DNA of 64,000 nucleotides from an uncultured delta proteobacterium (GTDB taxonomy: Bacteria; Desulfobacterota; Binatia; UBA9968). Made by a program: the position numbers and the translations under genes. Positions 19,646 through 32,222 of this stretch are shown here, one piece after another. Where the stretch lies: assembly GCA_963760795.1 (NCBI GenBank), contig CAVXEP010000006.1:1-64000 (forward strand), given 5' to 3'. Under the pieces are notes generated by a model. That model was not told the DNA's origin and ran no database searches. It was given only the letters and a program-made list of their open reading frames with translations. Positions within the stretch are counted from its first letter, which is position 1, and every line of letters begins with the position of its first letter.

Positions 19646-22600
19646 ATGCGCCTCAAACGCCTTGAAATGGTTGGGTTTAAGTCCTTCGCCGAGAAGACTG
19701 CCGTGGAGTTCAATCCAGGCGTCACTGCGGTCGTCGGGCCGAACGGCTGCGGCAAGTCCAATATCGTCGACGCTCTGCGCTGGGCCATGGGCGAGCAAAG
19801 CGCCCGCCACCTGCGCGGCCATCAAATGGAGGACGTGGTCTTCGCCGGCAGCGATAGCCTCCCGCCCACCGGCATGGCTGAAGTATCGATCACCTTCGAC
19901 AACGAAGACCACCGCAGCCCGGCGGAATACAGCAATTTGAGCGAGATCATGGTCACCCGCCGGCTGTTTCGCTCAGGCGAGTCCGAGTATGCCATCAACA
20001 AAATCACCTGCCGGCTAAAGGACGTGATCGAGCTGTTTTTGGGCAGCGGTGTCGGCAGCAAGGCCTACTCTATCGTCGAGCAGGGCAAGGTCGATGAGCT
20101 GGTCAATGCCAAACCGGAAGAACGGCGCGGCCTGATCGAAGAAGCGGCCGGCACCAGCATGTACAAGAGCCGCAAGGTGGTCGCCGAGAAAAAACTCGAG
20201 CGCACCCAGCAAAACCTCTTGCGCGTCAGTGATATCGTCCGCGAGATCGAACGGCAGATCCGCACCATGGAGTTGCAGGCCAAGAAGGCCGAGCGTTACC
20301 GCGCCCTCAGAGCCGAACTGCGCGAAAAAGATTTCGCCTTCACCGCGATGCAGCGCGACGCTTTACATGGCGACATCGCCCAACAGGAACAGCGGCTCGC
20401 CGGCTGTCGAAAACCGCCTGGCCGAATATCTTGCCACACTCCATGGCAAGGAGGCGGAGAACGAATCGGTGCGGCTGGCGCTGCTCGAAGCCGACAAGGC
20501 CATCGGCGCCCAGCAAGAAGACGCGTTTCAACGCCGCACGCAGATCCAAACCGACGAGCAGAAGTGCGAGTTCTACCGGCGCGATCTCGAGCAACTGGAA
20601 CAGGCGGAAAACGAAGCCAGAATCGCCCTGACCACGGTTGACGAGCGGCTGCGAACCCTGAACCAGGAGATCGAAGAACTCAGTAAAGCTAAAGACAGCT
20701 TTATCCAGCTGTCGCTTTTCGAAGAAACTTTTCTGCGCGAACGCGAGACCGAACTAACCGGCCTGCAGCAGCAGATCCGCAGCCTGCAGGAAGACATCGA
20801 CCGGGAAAAAACCGCGCTCATCGACACCGCCAACCAGATCGCTTATTTGAAAAATGACAGCCTGGCCAAAGACAAACGCCAGGGAGAAATTGCCGGCGAG
20901 CTGGCGCGCTGCCAAAGCGAGTCTTCCCAGGCGAGCGGCGCGTTGACCGCTTGCGCCGAACGGCGCGAGGAGACCGGCCAGGCGCTAAACTCCTGCGTCG
21001 ACGAGCTGCGCGAGCGCGCGCTCGAATCGACCATGGTGACGGCGTCGATCCAGACCCTAAGCCATGCGCGCGATGAGCAACAGCAGCACATCGACGGGCT
21101 CAAATCCGAGATCCAGGAACACCGCTCGCGACTCGTGTCCCTCGAAGACCTCCAGCGCAACTATGAGGGCTATCAAGAAGGCGTGCGCGCCATCATGCTC
21201 AAGAAGCAGCAGGCGGTTTCGCCCAATGGCGTTTACGGCCTGGTCGCCGAGGTCATCGAAGCGCCGGAAACCTACGAGAAGGCATTGACCGCGGTCCTCG
21301 GCGAACGGCTTCAGTACGTCATCGTCAAGGGCCATGAAGAGGGCGTCGAGTCCATCGAATTCCTCAAGCAACAGGCGTCGGGCCGCGGCAGCTTTATGCC
21401 CATGCAGTTGCGCCACCGTCAACAAGAGCCTCTGCCACTGGGCGAAGCTGAGGTGATCGCGCCGCTGATCGACATGGTGTCGATAAAAGACGGCTATCGG
21501 GAAATCGCCGAGTATTTGTTGTCCGATGTCATCGTCGTGCCAAACTTGACCGCCGGCTTGGCCCTATGGAACCGCAACGGTTATTACTGCACCATTGTCA
21601 CCCCGGACGGCGAGGTGATCGATTCCACAGGCACCGTAACCGGCGGCAGCACCACACCTCTGGAAGGCAATTTGCTCGCCCAGCGCCGGCGCATTCGCGA
21701 ACTCGGCAGCGCCCTGGCCGATTGCGCCGCCCGACTTCCCGACGCGGAGAGCGAGTTTGACAAAATCAAAGCAGAACTCGATCAGGCGCAAACCCGTCGA
21801 ACTATTCTGAACAACGAGAGCCATCGCCTCGAACTCGACCGGGTGCGCTTGGAGCATGAGAACCGCGCCGCCAGTCAGGAACATGAACGCTTGAGCCGCG
21901 CCCTGCAGGCGCTTGGCCAGGAGCAGAGCGATCTCGCGGCCGCGTTGCAAAATCTGCGCGACGAGTTCGAGCGCAATTACGTGATGATCGAAGCGCGCAC
22001 GGCACAGAAACTGACCGGCGAACAAACCCTGGCGCAGCGGCAGGCGAGCTTCGGCGCATTACGCAGCGCCGTCGAGAGCGCCGAAGCGGCGGTGACCCAG
22101 TCGCGTATTCGCAATGCCGCCCTAGGGGAAAAACGCGAGAACACCCATGTCAATCTCGCCAATCGCTTAAGCCAACGAGACGCGACCACACAAGAGATCG
22201 CGAGCTGGCAAAGCCGCGGCGCCGATTGTCAAAGACAGCGCAGTGAAATCGCCGAGGCGCTGGGCCAAACCGAGGCTTCGTTGCGCGGCGGCCGGGAAGA
22301 ACTCCAGGACTTAGAGAGCCGCCTACAGACCGACCGGCAAAATTATCGGAATATCTCCATGCAGCTCGCCGAGATCGGCGAGACCATCAAGGAGCTGCGC
22401 CCACTGGGCGAAAGCTGTCAGGAAGAGCGCAGCCAAATTCAGCTGGCGCTCGCCGAAAAGCGTCTCAACTTGCAGCACCTTGCCGACAACCTGCGCGAGA
22501 AATACGACGCCGACTTGGTTTCCCTGACCGCATCAGGCGGACGAGGACGGACCGTCACGCGACCAACTGCTGCTCGACATCGAAGATCTGCGCGGCCGCC

Positions 22601-23232
22601 TGGAACGGATGGGCGAGGTCAACCTGGCCGCCATCGGCGAGTACGAAGAGCTGACCACACGCTTCCAGTTCATGAGCCAGCAAAAGGAAGATCTGGAAAA
22701 ATCCATCGCCGACCTGCAGCAGACCATCGTCAAGTTGAATCGCATCTGCCGGCTGCGTTTCAAAGAGACTTTCGAAGCGATCAACGAAAAGTTCGAGGTG
22801 ATCTTCCCGCGCCTGTTCCGCGGCGGCAAAGCCAAGCTCGTGCTCACCGACGAAAACGACTTTCTCGAAACCGGCGTCGACATCATCGTCCAACCGCCGG
22901 GGAAGAAGCTCCAGTCGATCACGCTCTTGTCCGGCGGCGAGAAGGCGCTCACCGCGGTGAGTTTGCTGTTCGCGATTTTTCTAACCAAGCCGAGCCCCTT
23001 CTGTTTCTTGGACGAGGTCGACGCGCCCCTCGACGACGCCAATCTCGACCGCTTCAATGACATGATCCACGAGATGAGCAGCCACTCGCAGTTCGTCCTG
23101 GTGACCCATAACAAGAAGACCATGGAATCGGCCGAGATGTTGTACGGCATCACCATGGCCGAACCCGGCGTCTCCAAAGTCGTCTCGGTGCGCATGACTG
23201 ATCGTCTTTCGGTGCCAAGCCGAGGGCGGTGA
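19646..23232 (+). CDS. smc: Chromosome segregation protein SMC, frameshifts near 20405 and 22540
   Basis: GFKSFA, GPNGCGKSNI, SIVEQG, hinge (GVYGLVAE..TPDGEVI..TGG), GEVNLAAI, LSGGEK, LDEVDAPLD. Confidence 0.96.
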
Positions 23233-23261
23233 TTTTGTCGACTCGAAGTCGACATACCTTC

Positions 23262-23312
23262 CGTAATTCTGGCGGAAGCCGGAATTCAGGTGACGCCTGC
23301 GCCGGCATGACG
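23262..23312. repeat. dRS3/REP-like palindrome remnant
   Basis: cgtaattctggcggaagccggaattcag ... cgcctgcgccggcatgacg, related to 16060-16136. Confidence 0.6.
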
Positions 23313-23431
23313 AACCTTCATTTCGTGTAAGAGAATTCTACCAGCCTCGATGGCGACACTAATTCCAATCGGTGCCGAGCTTTTTAAGCTCGCCGTTTGA
23401 CTCTCAACACCGCTTCGCAGAATATCGAACC

Positions 23432-24359
23432 ATGGCAGTCGGCGCTTTTTTTCAACGGCTCAAACAAGGATTAACCAAAAGCCGCGAGACCTGGGTGCAA
23501 AAGATCGGCGCGATCTTGCAAAATCGCCAATGGGACGAACAGTCTTTAGACGAGATGGAAGAGAGCCTGATCACCGCCGATGTCGGCGTCAAAGCCACGG
23601 AAAAGTTGATGCGGGCGCTGCGCCGTCAGGCGCCGGGCAACAGCGAAGATCTCAGCCAGGACATGTCGGCCCAACTGCAAGCCGCCATGGTCGACATGCT
23701 GCGCGGCTCAGTCGCCGCGCCCAAGCGCGCGCGGCTTTCGGTCCGCCCCTGGGTGGTAATCTTTCTCGGCGTCAACGGCGTCGGCAAGACAACCACCATC
23801 GGTAAATTGGCCGCCCAGTACCGCAACGACGGCAAAAAGGTATTGCTGGTCGCCGGCGACACTTTCCGCGCCGCCGCCATCGAGCAGCTCGACGCCTGGG
23901 GCCAGAAAAGTCGGCGTCGATGTCGTCAAACACAAGGCCGGCGCCGATCCCTCGGCAGTGGTCTTCGACGGCATGCAGGCGGCCAAAAGCCGCAGCGTCG
24001 ACGTGCTGCTCATCGACACCGCCGGCCGTCTGCACACCAAAGTCCATCTGCTTGAAGAGCTAAAAAAAATCCGCCGGGTCATCACCCGGGAACTGCCCGA
24101 CGCGCCGCACGAAACCTTGCTCGTCCTCGACGCCACCACCGGTCAAAACGGCTTGCAGCAAGCCCGGGTGTTCAAAGAAGCCACCGACGTCACCGGCATC
24201 GTCCTGACCAAACTCGACGGCACGGCCAAAGGCGGCGTCATCATCAGCATCCAAGAAGAACTCGGCGTCCCGGTCCAATATATCGGTGTCGGCGAGGACG
24301 TCGAAGATCTCCAGCCCTTCGAAGCCGAAAGCTTCGTCCAGGCGTTATTCGAGAAATAA
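23432..24359 (+). CDS. ftsY: SRP receptor FtsY, frameshift near 23905
   Basis: [50 protein letters not shown]. Confidence 0.96.
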
Positions 24360-24471
24360 CTCGAACCAGTCTGATGCACGGGTCGGCAATCGGCTGATCG
24401 CAGCAGCCGATCAGCGCGTAACCACCTTGACTTGATCGGTCGTCGGCATTACCCTTAACGATAGGTGACTC

Positions 24472-24825
24472 ATGGAAATGACCAATCCCGATAGTAATCT
24501 AGATCTGAAGCTCACCGAGAGCGCAATCGAGCAGATCAAGAAACTCCTGGCGCGCGATGACCGCGCCGGCCAGAGTTTGCGCGTCGGCGTAACCGACGGC
24601 GGCTGCTCCGGCCATTCCTATAAGCTCGACTTCGACCGCGAACAGAAAGCCGGCGACACCGTCCTCGAATGGAACGGTGTGAAGGTCTTTGTCGACGGCG
24701 CCAGTGTGCCATTGCTCCAAGGCATGGTCATCGATTACGAATCCGGCCTCTACGGCGGCGGCTTCAAGTTCAGCAATCCCAACGCCACGGCTACTTGCGG
24801 CTGCGGCACTTCCTTTTCAGCGTAA
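24472..24825 (+). CDS. A-type Fe-S carrier (HesB/IscA/ErpA family)
   Basis: GGCSGHSY and NPNATATCGCGTSF. Confidence 0.94.
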   Translation: MEMTNPDSNLDLKLTESAIEQIKKLLARDDRAGQSLRVGVTDGGCSGHSYKLDFDREQKAGDTVLEWNGVKVFVDGASVPLLQGMVIDYESGLYGGGFKFSNPNATATCGCGTSFSA

Positions 24826-24853
24826 CCGTTCCACTAGTTCATTTCGGAGCTTC

Positions 24854-24923
24854 AGCGCAGAGCCGCGGAGAACGCCGAGAAATAAAGTTTGTTTCAGCTC
24901 TGCGACCTCTGTGTCTCTGCGCT
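24854..24923. repeat. Nonamer-periodic inverted repeat
   Basis: agcgcagagccgcggagaacgccgag ... ctctgcgacctctgtgtctctgcgct. Confidence 0.7.
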
Positions 24924-25001
24924 GCAATCCGAATCTTCTACTTCCCTTTGACTCTGATTTTCGTTCTTGCTAACCCAATTGATATTTTTCGAGGAAACGG
25001 T

Positions 25002-26039
25002 TTGAAAGCGGTACGGATTCATCACCATGGCGGCGTCGAACAACTGCGTTTCGAAGAGACCGCCGATCCCCAGCTGCAGTCGCCGGACGATGTCATCGTC
25101 CGTCTCAAGGCAGCCGCGCTCAACCAAACCGACATGCAAATTCGCCAAGGCAGCAGCGATCAGCGATCATGCCTGCCGCGAATCCTCGGCAGCGAGGGCG
25201 CCGGTGTGGTCGCCGCCGTTGGCAGCGCCGTCAAAGACTTCAAGGCCGGCGATGCCGTCTGCCTCTATCCGCGACGCGGCTGTGGCGCCTGCCGCGCCTG
25301 CCGCACCGATCGACAATCGCCGTGCGAGCAGCCGCACCACCTCGGCGAAACAGTCGACGGCACCTATGCCGAGTATGTCCGGCTAGGAGGGGAAAACTGC
25401 TTTGCGCTGCCGGCGGGATTTTCCTATGAGGAAGGCGCGGCCATAGCCGTCGACTTCCTATGCGCCTGGCGCATGTTGATCACCGACGCCGAGCTCAAGC
25501 CAGGTGAACTGGTGCTGATCCGCGGCATTGGCGACGGCGTGGCGACCGCGGCGCTACAACTGGCGGTGCGACTGGGCGCTCACGCCATCGTCACGGCCGA
25601 TAACGCGGCGAAAATAGGCAAAGCGCAAGCACTCGGCGCGGCCCACGGCATTGACGAGCAAAGCCAGGATTTTCCACCGGAAGTGCGCCGGATCACCGCC
25701 AAGCGTGGTGTCGACGTCGTCGTCGACTGCCTAGGCGGTGAGAATTGGCCGAAAAGCTTCGCCGCCTTAGCCAGAGGCGGACGGCTGGTGACCTGCGGCG
25801 CCAGCGCCGGGGCGCAGCCGGCCACCGATCTGCGGCGAATCTTTTGGCATCATTTGAAAGTCTTTGGCTCATCTCTCGGCAGCCGCGATGAACTGCGCCA
25901 GGCGCTTAACTTCCTAGAAGTCAGCGGCACCAAGGCGGTGATCGACAAAGTGTTTCCGCTGGCACAAGCGGCCAGGGCCCAGCAGCGTTTGGCGGCAGGA
26001 CAACATTTCGGCAAGATCGTCTTGAAGATCGATGGTTAA
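25002..26039 (+). CDS. MDR-family zinc-binding dehydrogenase/quinone oxidoreductase
   Basis: TTG start after gagg; PRILGSEGAG, CGACRAC..C structural Zn site, GGRLVTCGA, HFGKIVL. Confidence 0.9.
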   Translation: MKAVRIHHHGGVEQLRFEETADPQLQSPDDVIVRLKAAALNQTDMQIRQGSSDQRSCLPRILGSEGAGVVAAVGSAVKDFKAGDAVCLYPRRGCGACRACRTDRQSPCEQPHHLGETVDGTYAEYVRLGGENCFALPAGFSYEEGAAIAVDFLCAWRMLITDAELKPGELVLIRGIGDGVATAALQLAVRLGAHAIVTADNAAKIGKAQALGAAHGIDEQSQDFPPEVRRITAKRGVDVVVDCLGGENWPKSFAALARGGRLVTCGASAGAQPATDLRRIFWHHLKVFGSSLGSRDELRQALNFLEVSGTKAVIDKVFPLAQAARAQQRLAAGQHFGKIVLKIDG

Positions 26040-26060
26040 GCCTGAGCGGACTCTTTGACC

Positions 26061-26633
26061 ATGAAAGTGATCGGCGGAATGGCGCGTGGCCGCAAGCTCA
26101 AAGTGCCCAAAGGACTGACAGTCCGGCCGACGGCGGCGCGGGTCAAGGAGTCGCTGTTTAACATTCTGCCCCATGATTTCTCCGGGCTGCGGGTGCTCGA
26201 TCTCTACGCCGGCAGCGGCAACGTCAGCATCGAAGCGCTCAGCCGCGGCGCCGTCGAAGCGGTGTTGGTCGATGAGTCGGCGCGCTCCGCCGCGGTGATC
26301 CGCGAGAATTTGACCAAGCTGAAATTGATCCAACGGGCGCAGGTCTGGATCGTTCCGGTGGCGCGGGCGCTGCGCAAGCTCGACAAGGCCGGGGAAAAGT
26401 TCGATCTGATATTTCTCGACCCACCCTATGAGCGAGGCTTGGTCAAGACGACCCTGGAAGCCATCGGCCAATGCGCTTTGCTCAACCCCGCCGCCATCGT
26501 CGTCGTCGAACACAGCGGACGGGAAGCTGTCAAGCCCGGTTACGGCGCGCTCATATTGAATGATCAACGCCGTTATGGTGATACTCTGCTGTCATTCTTC
26601 GACAGATCACAGGCTATGAATCCGACCGCGTAA
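26061..26633 (+). CDS. rsmD: 16S rRNA m2G966 methyltransferase
   Basis: MKVIGG..GRKL, RPT..VKESLFN, LDLYAGSG, EALSRGA, FLDPPY; precedes coaD. Confidence 0.94.
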   Translation: MKVIGGMARGRKLKVPKGLTVRPTAARVKESLFNILPHDFSGLRVLDLYAGSGNVSIEALSRGAVEAVLVDESARSAAVIRENLTKLKLIQRAQVWIVPVARALRKLDKAGEKFDLIFLDPPYERGLVKTTLEAIGQCALLNPAAIVVVEHSGREAVKPGYGALILNDQRRYGDTLLSFFDRSQAMNPTA

Positions 26634-26644
26634 GGACAAACTTT

Positions 26645-27139
26645 ATGGCAAACAGCGATGTCGCTATCTATCCCGGCTCCTTCGATCCGATCACCAACGG
26701 CCATGTCGATCTGGTCAATCGCACCTTGCGGGTGTTCGACAGAGTCGTCGTCGCCATCGCCAGCAACCCTGACAAAGATCGCTCGCTGTTCACGGTTCAA
26801 GAGCGCTTGCAGTTGATCGAAGAGGTGTTCGCCGGCACCGATGGCCGGGTCAGCGCCGTGTCGTTTCAAGGGCTGCTGGTCGACTACGCGGACCGTCAAG
26901 GCGCGACGGTGGTGATCCGCGGCCTGCGCGCGATCTCCGACTTTGAATATGAATTTCAAATGGCGATGATGAACCACCGGCTCAAGCCCAAGCTGGAAAC
27001 TTTTTTCATGATGACCGGCGAGTCGGAATTTTACACCAGCTCGCGGCTCGTCAAAGAAGTCGTCAGTCTCGGCGGCAACGTCGCCGGTCTGGTGCCCGAC
27101 AATGTCCTCAAAAAACTCCAAGAAAAATTTAAAGTCTAA
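26645..27139 (+). CDS. coaD: Phosphopantetheine adenylyltransferase
   Basis: YPGSFDPITNGH, IRGLRAISDFEYEFQMA, SSRLVKE. Confidence 0.97.
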   Translation: MANSDVAIYPGSFDPITNGHVDLVNRTLRVFDRVVVAIASNPDKDRSLFTVQERLQLIEEVFAGTDGRVSAVSFQGLLVDYADRQGATVVIRGLRAISDFEYEFQMAMMNHRLKPKLETFFMMTGESEFYTSSRLVKEVVSLGGNVAGLVPDNVLKKLQEKFKV

Positions 27140-27151
27140 GGATTGTGCGCC

Positions 27152-28349
<1,198 letters not shown>

Positions 28350-28941
28350 TTCGCGTCTTCAGAGATGACCTGACAGCTGCAGCGGCATCCGAAGATCCGG
28401 AACAGTTTTTACACGAAGGTTTACCCGGCCGCAACCAACTGGGCGCATTTCCGAAGACACGAGTCACGAAGGTGGGAGTTCAAATTGTCCGAATTATCAC
28501 GTAATCCGACATCGTCTCAGTCCGTGCAAAAACGTTGTCATGGTCGACGCGATGTGGACGAGGTAGCGACGTCAAAAGGATACGAGCTTCAGATCGACAT
28601 CCCGCGTAGTGAAGATGTCGAACTGTCAATGGAAAACCAAACCCCGGGGCAGCAGAACATCCAATCGTGCGGTTGAAGACCAGAATTCACATATCAGGAT
28701 GCCGTCGTTGATGCCGACCAAAGTGCTTGCGCAGGATCTCGAAATTTCGACCGTCAATCCGAGCAAGCTTTGACTCAGCTCATGCCTTGTCGCAATGTAC
28801 TAAGACTGCTCAAGAGTCGTAAAATAATCCGCAGTCGGCAGCGGGCAGCATTTTCTGCCGATCGTGCCAAGTCCCCGTCCGACTCCGTCGTTGAACGTTG
28901 AACCATTGAACTACGCCGCCATGCGGCTTTCACTAGTGAAC

Positions 28942-30781
28942 TTAAGCAGTGGCCGACGCAGTCGCTAATGTCAGCGGGTCGCCGCCGTTAAGACTGAAGG
29001 CTCTGACTATGGCGTCAATCTCCGAACCGTCTAGGACCTCTTTTTCCAGCAGCTTCTCGGCGATTCCGTGGAGCAACAGCAGATGGGTCGTCAATAGGTC
29101 CCTAGCCTTCTGGTAGCTCTCCTGAATGATGCGCTTGATCTCAGCGTCGATCTCGACTGCCGTGTTCTTCGAATAGCCGACCTTCTGGGTAAAATCTCTG
29201 CCCATGAAGATCTCTTCCTCTTTCTTGCCGAAAGTCATTGGCCCGAGCTTTTCGCTCATGCCCCACTCGCAGACCATTCGCCGCGCCAGATCCGTCGCCT
29301 TTTCTATATCATTGCCTGCGCCCGTGGTGACCTGCTTGAGCACCAGCTCTTCGGCAACCCGGCCGCCGAAGAGGATGACTAAATTATTGAGCAAGTACTT
29401 CGACGCATAGGTATATTTTTCGTCTTGGGGCAATTGCTGGGTCAGACCCAAAGCCATGCCGCGCGGGATGATCGTCACCTTGTGGATCGGATCGGCGCCC
29501 GGCAGCAGCTTCGCCACCAGGGCGTGGCCGGCTTCGTGATAGGCGGTGGTGCGTTTTTCTGCGTCGCTGATAATCATGCTGCGCCGCTCGGCGCCCATCA
29601 TGACCTTGTCTTTGGCCAACTCGAGGTCGACCATGTTGACGATTTCCTGGTCGTTGCGCGCCGCCAGCAAAGCCGCTTCGTTGACGAGATTTTCCAAATC
29701 CGCGCCGGTTAGGCCGGGCGTGGACCGCGCCAGCACGTTGACATCCACGTCCGCTGCCAAGGGCACCTTGCGCGAATGCACCTGCAAGATGCCTTCCCGC
29801 CCTTTGATGTCCGGTCGCGGTACGACAACATGGCGATCGAACCGTCCCGGACGGAGCAACGCGGGATCCAATACGTCGGGCCGGTTGGTTGCGGCGATCA
29901 GAATAACTCCTTCGTTGGACTCGAACCCATCCATTTCCACCAGCAGCTGGTTCAAGCGTCTGTTCGCGCTCGTCATTGCCGCCGCCGAAGCCGGCGCCGC
30001 GGTGACGCCCGACGGCGTCGATTTCGTCGATAAAAATGATGCAAGGCGCCTTCTTTTTGCCCTGAACGAACAGATCGCGCACCCGAGACGCGCCGACGCC
30101 GACGAACATTTCGACGAAATCGGAACCGCTGATGTTGAAGAACGGCACTCCGGCTTCGCCCGCGATCGCGCGAGCCAACAGCGTCTTGCCGGTTCCCGGG
30201 GCGCCAACTAGTAAACACCCTTTAGGAATTCGGCCGCCAAGTTTGGTGAATTTTTTTGGATCCTTGAGGAATGCGATTATCTCTTGCAGATCATCTTTGG
30301 CTTCGTCCACACCGGCGACATCGCTAAAGGTGATGCGCTGTTGAGTCTCCGTAAGCAGTTTTGCCCTGCTCTTGCCAAAGGACATCGCCTTGCCGCCGCC
30401 CGCCTGCATCTGGCGCATGAAAAATATCCACACGCCGATGAGCAGCAGCATGGGAAACCAGTTAAGCAGCAGCAGCATGTACCACGGCGAGTCATCCTCG
30501 GGCTTAGCCGTGATTTTCACGTCCTTGCCGCGCAATGCCTTTACCAGCTCCGGATCATCGGCGGTAAACGTTCTAAACTGTCCACCGTTCTTGTATTTAC
30601 CTTGAATATTATTTCCCTGGATCACCACCTCGCCAACGTCGCCGCGCTCCACGGCGGCGTTAAATTCGCTGAAAATAATCTCCGGTTCGCCCCGGTTTTG
30701 TTTGCTAAAAACGGTGAAAATCGTAAAAACCAAGAGCGCCACGCCCAGCCCAATTGCCATTTGTTTTGATGATAGACTCAA
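28942..30781 (-). CDS. ftsH: ATP-dependent zinc metalloprotease FtsH, frameshift near 29960
   Basis: Two TM helices, [44 protein letters not shown]. Confidence 0.96.
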
Positions 30782-31092
30782 AAAACCCTCCGTCCGGGAA
30801 AGATCCCTCTGGCATCGATACTATTGACTCTAGCTCCGCCGCTACACTTGCGCAATGAACGGGGCTAATTTGCTGTGGCGAAACCACCACCGTCCACTCT
30901 GGAGTGTAAACATTGCACTCCAACCAGTCCCAGAACGGCTGGCAACCTGGATCTGGCAATTTATTGTCCCATTTCACTTACCGATAGTTTTACCCAAACC
31001 ATATAATCCCTTCACTCAGCGGCGCCATTTGTTAAAATTCATGCAAACGGCGAAAAAGCCGGGGTGCTATTCAGAAAGGGGATTATATTCTT

Positions 31093-32222
31093 ATGTTAAA
31101 ATCTGATCGCAGCCGGGTCGTCGTGCGCTACTCGGAACTCGACTCCGGCCGGCCGGATTTTCACGAGAATATCAGTCGCAACGAGACGGCGAGCAAGCTG
31201 GCAAAACTCAACGGCTGGGAATTCGCCGGCGACTACGATCCGGGCAAGCATTACCCTGGACCACTCTACTTCGTCCCCGATGACACTCTGGTCGGTGTCG
31301 AAGGGCGCGGCAACTCGGTATTCACGATGAGCGGGATTTGTTCGGTGGTATCGTGCCGTATCCGTTTGTCGCGACCAAAACCATCACCCACCCTCTGGTC
31401 GATCGCGGCGCGCAAGCGCCCGACGGCTGGCAACAGGATTTGGGCGAACGCTTGCGAGACGCGGTATTGTACGGATTCACTGCCTTTAGCCGCGACGACG
31501 CGCGCAGGGCGGGAATGCTCGTACTCCAACGCGGCGCTGCGCGGGTCAAGCCCTCACGGGGCATCGGCGGGCGCGGCCAGGTGGTGGTCTCCGCGGCGGC
31601 CGAGCTCGACAAGGTCATCGCGGGTCTGAATGAATGGGAATTGTCGCGCTACGGCGTTGTCGTCGAGCAGAACTTCGAGAACATCGTGACTTACAGCGTC
31701 GGCCAAGTGCGCGTCGGCGAACTTTTGGCGACCTACTACGGCACCCAGAATTTGACCAAAGACAATAACGCGGCCACGGTTTACGGCGGCTCGGCATTGA
31801 TCGTGAGCCGCGGCGATTATGATGCTTTGTTCGAGCTCGACATGGCGCCGAACATGCGCTGCGTCATCGACAAAGCGCGCGCTTATGAAGCCGCGGTGGC
31901 GGAGGCGTTTCCCGAGTGGCTGGCGTCGCGGCGCAACTACGACGTCGCCGAGGTCATCGACAGCGAATGCCGGCGTAACTGCGGCGTCCTCGAACAGTCG
32001 TGGCGCATCGGCGGGGCAAGCCCGGCCGAGATCGCCGCGCTCCAGGCATTTCAAGCCAATCCGGGACTGCGCGCCGTGCGCGCAACGTCAGCCGAAATCT
32101 ATGGCACGGCCGAGGTGCCGCCCCAAGCGGCGGTGCATTTCCAGGGCGTCGATGGACGTCTCGGTCGGATTACTAAATACGCCGTGGTTCAAGACTATGA
32201 CAGTTCGCGACAAGCCGATTGA
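31093..32222 (+). CDS. DUF3182 family protein (ATP-grasp-like), frameshift near 31310
   Basis: YFVPDDTL, FGGIVPYPFVATKTITHPL, RVKP..GGRGQ, TYSVGQV, YGGS, ASRRNYDV, GVLEQSWRIGGASPAEI. Confidence 0.82.

Noticed and set aside
18798-23232. HNH plus SMC as a Lamassu/Wadjet-type defence system
   Set aside because: The SMC is a full-length hinge-containing condensin in the usual smc-ftsY order with its own promoter; no lmuC or jet genes are present.
28485-28900. Readthrough of the TGA after ..QSCG as selenocysteine
   Set aside because: The frame stays open past the TGA, but there is no recognisable protein family, RBS or SECIS-like hairpin; this is likely chance.
30930-31000. c-di-GMP-I riboswitch upstream of ftsH (minus strand GGTAAA..GGGAC)
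   Set aside because: The P2 stem with GNRA loop and the GCAAA and CTAA elements cannot be formed convincingly.
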